From: Nanobdellota archaeon
GTDB taxonomy: Archaea; Nanobdellota; Nanobdellia; Woesearchaeales; JAHWHD01
Length of the DNA stretch: 33,306 nt
Direction: 5' to 3'
NCBI GenBank assembly: GCA_034722435.1
Contig: JAYENX010000039.1
Location: forward strand, 1-33,306
In this document: in pieces, positions 28,227 through 33,306 of the stretch
How the letters are laid out: every line of letters starts with the position of its first letter
Numbering within the stretch: position 1 is the first letter of the stretch
The notes under the pieces: model-generated
The model's database searches: none
What the model was told of the DNA's origin: nothing
The model's input: the letters and a program-made list of their open reading frames with translations, nothing else
Program-made: the position numbers and the translations under genes

Positions 28227-30716
28227 TTACTCTTTTTTTCTGGCGCCATCAATTCTTTGAAAGTATTTTTCTTCAGGTTTCTTCTTCTGATATGTTCTTT
28301 TTTTGTTTTCTTCTTCTATTTCTTTTTCTTTTTCAGGAATTTCTTCAACAAAGAAATTGGATAATTTTTTGAATATGCCTTTTTTCTCTTTAGGAGTTTC
28401 TATTTTTATTTGTTTTTCTTTTTTCATCTGAGTTTTTTCCATTTTATTTTTTGTTGTTTCTTTTTTTATCCTTTTTTCTTGTTCTTTTCTTTCTCTTTTT
28501 TCTTGTTTTTCTTTACGTTCTTTTTCTTTTTTCTCTTTTTGTTTAAGTCTTTCTTTTTCCTTTTTTTCTTTTTCTATTCTTTTTTTTTCTTCACGTTTGA
28601 TACGTTCTTTTTCCTTTTTTTCTTGTTTTTTTTGTTTATCGCTATTTTTTCTCTCTTGTTCTTTTTTCTCTTTTGCTTCTTTTCTAAGTTTTTCTTTTTC
28701 TTTTTTATCGTTGTTTTTCTTTTTTTCTGCTTCTTTTTTGGCATGAGCTATTTTGGCTTTTTCGTCTTCATTCTTTTTATCTTCTTTTTCTTTTATGTTT
28801 TCTTCATCTTCTTCGAGAAAAAAATCAGCAATTTTACTAAAAAATCCTTTTTTTTCAGTTTTTAATTTGTTTTCGTTTTGTATTACTTTTTTCTTTTGTT
28901 TTTTGTCATTTATTTTCCCATTTATTTTTATAATTTTATTATTTTGTTTTTGATTGTTTATTGTTAGCTTATAATTTGCTCTTAAATCTTCTTTGATTTC
29001 TTTTGTTTCTAATTTGAGATTTGTAATGTCTTCTTTAGAGCTGTATAATCTTAATGAATCTTTTAATTCTTTCACTTCTTTTTTTAGTCTGTCTGATTCA
29101 TCTTTAGAAGTTAAAGTTTTTAGAGTTTCTTTTAACTCTTTAATCTCTTTTTTAAGACTTTGACTTTCTTCTTTGTAAAATACATCTTTTTCAAGATCTA
29201 TTATTAATTTTCTGGTATTTTTTACTTTTTGTTCAACAGATCTTTCTAAATCATCTCTTCTACTTCTTTCGCGAAGTTCAAATGAGTTAAATGACATTTT
29301 TGAAGCTGCTGAATCTGCATGTTTTTTTTCTTTATTTGATAATTCATTAATTTGTTTTTGGAAGTGTTTTTCTAAGTCGTCAATTTCTTTTCTGAACTCT
29401 TTTATTTCTGTGTTAAGTTCTTTATCAAATAATCTTTTAGTTATAAAGTTGTTATTAATATATCTCTCTTGTTTTTTAATGTCTGATTGACTAGTAGATT
29501 CTGTTTTTAGAATTTTTAGTTCTTTCTCTACTTTTTGTAGATTTGAAAGCTTTTTATCTAAAAAGTTTATGGACTCGTTGAATTCGTTTCTTCCTATGAA
29601 TTTTGATTTAATATCTTCAACATCTGCATCTAAATCATCATAAAGTTCGAGGTCTTTGTTTAATATGTTATTTTTTTTCTTAAGAGAAACTATTTCTTTT
29701 TCATGACTATTAACTTTTCCTGTAACTTTTGTTATATCTTTAGTAGTTTTATTGATAGCGAATAATTGTTTATCTTGATCATTTATTTGTTTGTTTATTT
29801 CGGGTAAAGTCTTAACTTGTTGCTTTAGTTTTGTGACTTCTTTGCCTAGTTTGTTCATAATTTTGACAAATAAACTTAATTTTGTAATATCTTTGTCAAT
29901 TAATATGAGTTCTTCATCGAATTCTTTAAATGAAACAAGTTCTCCTATTTTTTTGTAGAATTCTGATTTAAGCGATTTAGATTCTTTATCTAATTCTGTT
30001 TTTAAACGTTTTGAGTTTTGAATAAGATTTTTCTTTGTATTTAGGAGTTCAACGTCAAGTTTGTCAATAATTTCAAGATCTGAATCGAATGTTTTTAATT
30101 CATTTCTTAATTTTTCAATATTTCTTTCTTGTTTTTTTACTTTGTTTGTTATTGATAATCTGGTTAGATGTCCTAATTTAAATTGTTCAATATTTTTTAC
30201 TTGATTTTTAAAATATGTAAGAACTTTTTTGATTTTAGAAATATCTTTATGAACTTGTGATAAGTCTTTTTCAACAAAATTAAACTCTTTATCGAATTCT
30301 TCTACTTTAATATATTGTTTGAAAGTCTTTTTTAGACCTTTTACAAGTTGTTTAATGTCTTTATCAAGCTGTTTTTTTGCTTTTTCCTGTTTTTTGATAT
30401 CTTCTTTTAATTCAAGAGTTTTTTCATATTTTTTTTCTAGGGTTTCTACAGATGAATCTAAACCATCAAGTCTCTTAATTGTTTCTTTTTTGTCGGTAGT
30501 AGATTGTTCTTCGAAGTCTTTTTTGAAGGAGCGTAGTTCTTCAACATCTTCTTTAACATGTTCAAATGAATTTTTAAGATTTTTATCTAGCTTTTTGAAT
30601 AGAACGTTTCTTTGCTTTAGAATTTTTTGATTTGTAATTTTTAAATCATCTATGTCTTGTCTGACTGCTGCAAATGATTCTTTTAGATTTTTTTCTACGC
30701 TTCTTGCACTAACCAT
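28227..30716 (-). CDS. Long coiled-coil protein (829 aa) with K/E-rich C-terminal tail
   Basis: About 600 aa of heptad pattern, then a KKEKE-rich region; no Walker A, so not SMC; GGGGGA RBS-like site. Confidence 0.8.
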   Translation of the reverse strand: MVSARSVEKNLKESFAAVRQDIDDLKITNQKILKQRNVLFKKLDKNLKNSFEHVKEDVEELRSFKKDFEEQSTTDKKETIKRLDGLDSSVETLEKKYEKTLELKEDIKKQEKAKKQLDKDIKQLVKGLKKTFKQYIKVEEFDKEFNFVEKDLSQVHKDISKIKKVLTYFKNQVKNIEQFKLGHLTRLSITNKVKKQERNIEKLRNELKTFDSDLEIIDKLDVELLNTKKNLIQNSKRLKTELDKESKSLKSEFYKKIGELVSFKEFDEELILIDKDITKLSLFVKIMNKLGKEVTKLKQQVKTLPEINKQINDQDKQLFAINKTTKDITKVTGKVNSHEKEIVSLKKKNNILNKDLELYDDLDADVEDIKSKFIGRNEFNESINFLDKKLSNLQKVEKELKILKTESTSQSDIKKQERYINNNFITKRLFDKELNTEIKEFRKEIDDLEKHFQKQINELSNKEKKHADSAASKMSFNSFELRERSRRDDLERSVEQKVKNTRKLIIDLEKDVFYKEESQSLKKEIKELKETLKTLTSKDESDRLKKEVKELKDSLRLYSSKEDITNLKLETKEIKEDLRANYKLTINNQKQNNKIIKINGKINDKKQKKKVIQNENKLKTEKKGFFSKIADFFLEEDEENIKEKEDKKNEDEKAKIAHAKKEAEKKKNNDKKEKEKLRKEAKEKKEQERKNSDKQKKQEKKEKERIKREEKKRIEKEKKEKERLKQKEKKEKERKEKQEKRERKEQEKRIKKETTKNKMEKTQMKKEKQIKIETPKEKKGIFKKLSNFFVEEIPEKEKEIEEENKKRTYQKKKPEEKYFQRIDGARKKE

Positions 30717-30785
30717 TTATCTTTCCCCCTGAAAGTTATTACTACTCTTGAATAGCACGACTCATATATAAAGTTTGCGCAGGCA

Positions 30786-30811
30786 TTTTTGTCTCATTTT
30801 TGGGACAAAAA
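30786..30811. terminator. Inverted repeat, terminator or operator
   Basis: TTTTTGTCTCA-TTTT-TGGGACAAAAA right after the MEMO stop and just upstream of the TATA box of the coiled-coil gene. Confidence 0.4.
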
Positions 30812-31678
30812 TTAGTCGAAAATTATTGAAGCATATCCTACTGCGTTTGTGTAATCATTGAGGATATCTCCTGATGTATAATATCTTAGAAGTCTTGCTT
30901 TTTTTGAACCTAATTTTTTGCATAATTCTATCATTACTGCGATGTTGTGGGAACCACAAATTGTTGCATTTTTTTCTTTTACATAGTTAAGGAATCTTTC
31001 ATTATCCAGTTTTTGAATGAAGTTAATTGCAACTTGATCTTGTTTGTAGAGATTTTCTTTTATGTTTTCTTTGAAAGGTATGTAACTGTAATTTGGACCG
31101 TGATGTGTAAAATCTGATGAACATATGATACATACTTTTTTCCCTGTTTCTTTTATTACTTTATGAATTCTGTCGGCTATTTTTTTGTAGTTTGAGGTTG
31201 CTATCATAATTGGAACTATTTTAAGTTCATTTAGATTTGCTTTATTACTTATTTGTAGAAATGGTAATTGTACTTCGATGGAATGTTCTTTATAATGTGC
31301 TTCGTTATTCTCGTAGAGGTTTTCATTATCAATTAAAGCTTTACTAATTATTATATCATTTTTTATTATACCTAAAGGTGTTTGCCAATCTTCTGTAGAG
31401 ACTGAGTCTTCATTGATTTCTGAATGGTTGTTACCTATAATTATGTATGTTTGTGGGAATGTAGATTCTGCAATTTCTTTGAAAGCCCATGCAGCGCATT
31501 GCCCTGAGAATTGGTATCCTGCGTGAGGAACTATTACACCTTTTATGTTTTTATTTTTTTTATTTGATGGTGATGAACCAGGACCTAGTTTACCTTCAAA
31601 CGATTCTTTGATTAATTTATCTAGTTCCCCAAAATTTGATGGATAGAATGTTCCTGACACAATTGGAGTTCTAGTCAT
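30812..31678 (-). CDS. amrB: MEMO1-family protein (AmmeMemoRadiSam protein B)
   Basis: VSGTFYP, PHAGYQFSG, G.NH, EHSIEVQLPFLQ, SSDFTH, TICG, VGYAS. Confidence 0.93.
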   Translation of the reverse strand: MTRTPIVSGTFYPSNFGELDKLIKESFEGKLGPGSSPSNKKNKNIKGVIVPHAGYQFSGQCAAWAFKEIAESTFPQTYIIIGNNHSEINEDSVSTEDWQTPLGIIKNDIIISKALIDNENLYENNEAHYKEHSIEVQLPFLQISNKANLNELKIVPIMIATSNYKKIADRIHKVIKETGKKVCIICSSDFTHHGPNYSYIPFKENIKENLYKQDQVAINFIQKLDNERFLNYVKEKNATICGSHNIAVMIELCKKLGSKKARLLRYYTSGDILNDYTNAVGYASIIFD

Positions 31679-31749
31679 AATTTTATTTCTGATATTTCTA
31701 TTTAAATATTTTAGGATTTTCTAAACATTTATATATATAAAGTATTTAA

Positions 31750-32319
31750 ATGAAGATGATGCAATCCACTATAAAAGAAGATATTCTTCTAATTCTTGAG
31801 GAAACCTTAGAGATACTTGAGATTCGTGAAGATAAAGATATTCTTGAACTTTCCGAGGTGAGTAATCATGTTATACATAATGCTTCAATATTTCAGGATG
31901 AAGATTCAATATCTATTGCTGTTTTAGTTTATTCAATTTATAAAGTAATTGAAAGGCCTGTTTCACTTTCAGATGATTATTATATTAAGATTCGTAATTT
32001 GTTGAGAGAGTCGCACGATTATTTATCGCAAGATAATATTCAGAATTATCGGAAGGCAATTGTTAGATTGTTTCGATTAATTGGTGCAATTGATAAAAAG
32101 TTTAAGCTTTACATTGAGGAAGTAGTTACTAAGGCAAGAATTAAGAAAGGTGGAAAGCTTTTTGAGCATGGTCTTTCGGTTGGTCGTGCTGCAGAATTGA
32201 TGGGTATAACACAATGGGAACTTATGCAGTATATTGGTAGAACGCACATGTTTGAAAAAGAAAAGTTTGTTGATGATGTCAAAGGAAGGTTGAATTTTAC
32301 AAGGAGGCTTTTCAAATGA
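31750..32319 (+). CDS. Helical protein with C-terminal UPF0175-like HTH (candidate antitoxin/regulator)
   Basis: GLSVGRAAELMGITQWELMQYI HTH; ATGA overlap with the PIN gene. Confidence 0.7.
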   Translation: MKMMQSTIKEDILLILEETLEILEIREDKDILELSEVSNHVIHNASIFQDEDSISIAVLVYSIYKVIERPVSLSDDYYIKIRNLLRESHDYLSQDNIQNYRKAIVRLFRLIGAIDKKFKLYIEEVVTKARIKKGGKLFEHGLSVGRAAELMGITQWELMQYIGRTHMFEKEKFVDDVKGRLNFTRRLFK

Positions 32320-33008
32320 GATGTTTATTTTTTGATACTGGTCCGATTATAAATCTTACTTTGAATAATTTGCTTTGGGTTTTAGGAGCAATGAATAAAC
32401 GTTTTAAGGGGAAGTTTTGTATAACCCCAGGGGTTAAGGCTGAATTGATTGATAGACCTTTGAATTCTCGAAAATTTAGTTTTGAGGCTTTGCAAATAAT
32501 ACGTGCTTTACGTAAAGATTATATGACTGTTTTTGAGGATAAAACTATTCGTAAGCGTGCGCTTGAATTAATGAATATTGCGAATAAGATTTATTCAGCA
32601 CATGGTCGACCTATACAAATACTTCATTATGCAGAGATGGAATCCTTAGTTGCAGCATTGAAATACAAGGCTGATGCTTTAGTTGTTGATGAGCGAACTT
32701 TGAGAGTTATTATTGAGAAACCTGGAGATCTGGCAAGTTTACTTAGACGGAGGTTACATACTAATATTTCAGTTAATAAAATTGAATTACAAAAGTTTAA
32801 TTCTGAAGTGGGTAGCCTTAGGTTGATACGTTCGGCTGAACTTGTGACTGTTGCTTATGAATTAGGAATTCTTGACTTATACGTTCCAAGCGGGATGGCG
32901 AATGGTCGAAGAAAATTATTGGATTCTTTGTTGTGGGCTTTTAAGCTTAATGGTTGTGCAATAACAAGAAGAGAGATTGATGATTTACTTAGATTATCAA
33001 AGTCATAA
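32316..33008 (+). CDS. PIN-domain protein (DUF3368/VapC-like), extended
   Basis: FFDTGPII, ITPGVKAEL, HYAEMESL, LVVDERTLR acidic active-site pattern. Confidence 0.8.
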   Translation: MRCLFFDTGPIINLTLNNLLWVLGAMNKRFKGKFCITPGVKAELIDRPLNSRKFSFEALQIIRALRKDYMTVFEDKTIRKRALELMNIANKIYSAHGRPIQILHYAEMESLVAALKYKADALVVDERTLRVIIEKPGDLASLLRRRLHTNISVNKIELQKFNSEVGSLRLIRSAELVTVAYELGILDLYVPSGMANGRRKLLDSLLWAFKLNGCAITRREIDDLLRLSKS

Positions 33009-33296
33009 GCCTTTAACTTTTCTTAGATGGTCTATAGATGGAACTGGTTTTATTATTTTATCTGTTTTTTGTATATTTTTAGGAACTGAGCTTTTATCTT
33101 GTTTTTCAACTGTTTGTTTATTAGTTTTTTGAGTTTTATCATTATCACTATTATTATTATTATTATTGTTAGGATAATCTTTTTCTGTTTCGATTCTTAT
33201 TTGTTCAGGTACTTTTGAAGCTTTTTTAAAAATTTGTTTTTCAAGAATATCTTCGAATAATTTGATGAGTGTAGGATTACTGTGTGCAGTTTTCAT
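33003..33296 (-). CDS. Hypothetical low-complexity protein, possibly 5'-truncated by the window edge
   Basis: Frame stays open to position 33306; contains (AAT)6 poly-Asn at 33150-33167. Confidence 0.55.
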   Translation of the reverse strand: MKTAHSNPTLIKLFEDILEKQIFKKASKVPEQIRIETEKDYPNNNNNNNSDNDKTQKTNKQTVEKQDKSSVPKNIQKTDKIIKPVPSIDHLRKVKGL

Positions 33297-33306
33297 CTCT
33301 TTTTTA

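Noticed and set aside
28410-30630. Poly-Phe ORFs 28410-28865, 28753-28953, 30319-30630
   Set aside because: Antisense shadows of the K/E-rich coiled-coil gene
28227-30716. SMC/Rad50 assignment
   Set aside because: No Walker A/B, signature motif, hinge or zinc hook

Overview
Gene-dense, AT-rich archaeal window. EF-1beta, aIF-5A, L40e, Trm11, TrmJ, TATA/leaderless starts and a BHB-intron tRNA mark it as archaeal; the many membrane-anchored or coiled-coil orphan proteins suggest a DPANN (Woesearchaeota-like) genome, which is inference. The main result is at 3.7-4.7 kb. A minus-strand tRNA-Trp(CCA), absent from the ORF track, is split by three bulge-helix-bulge introns (37/38, 53/54, 59/60); the first looks like a C/D-type guide for C34. 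Directly 3' of it is a 745-bp unit bounded by a duplicated tRNA 3' end. It encodes only a free-standing two-motif LAGLIDADG endonuclease whose ORF runs antisense into the tRNA. From 4.7 to 20.7 kb lies a peptide/amino-acid fermentation neighbourhood: permease, M42 and M24 peptidases, two aminotransferases, aldehyde dehydrogenase, a four-subunit 2-oxoacid:ferredoxin oxidoreductase, ADP-forming acyl-CoA synthetase alpha/beta and a ThrC-like enzyme. It is interrupted by a membrane-anchored wHTH regulator, a small orphan and a DUF5667-like secreted protein with AATTTGGAAC direct repeats. From 20.8 to 33.3 kb are translation and RNA-modification genes, low-complexity proteins and a PIN/HTH pair. 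Two real small genes missing from the ORF track (DUF1610-like zinc ribbon, L40e) were added. All product calls come from motif recognition by eye; no database search was run.
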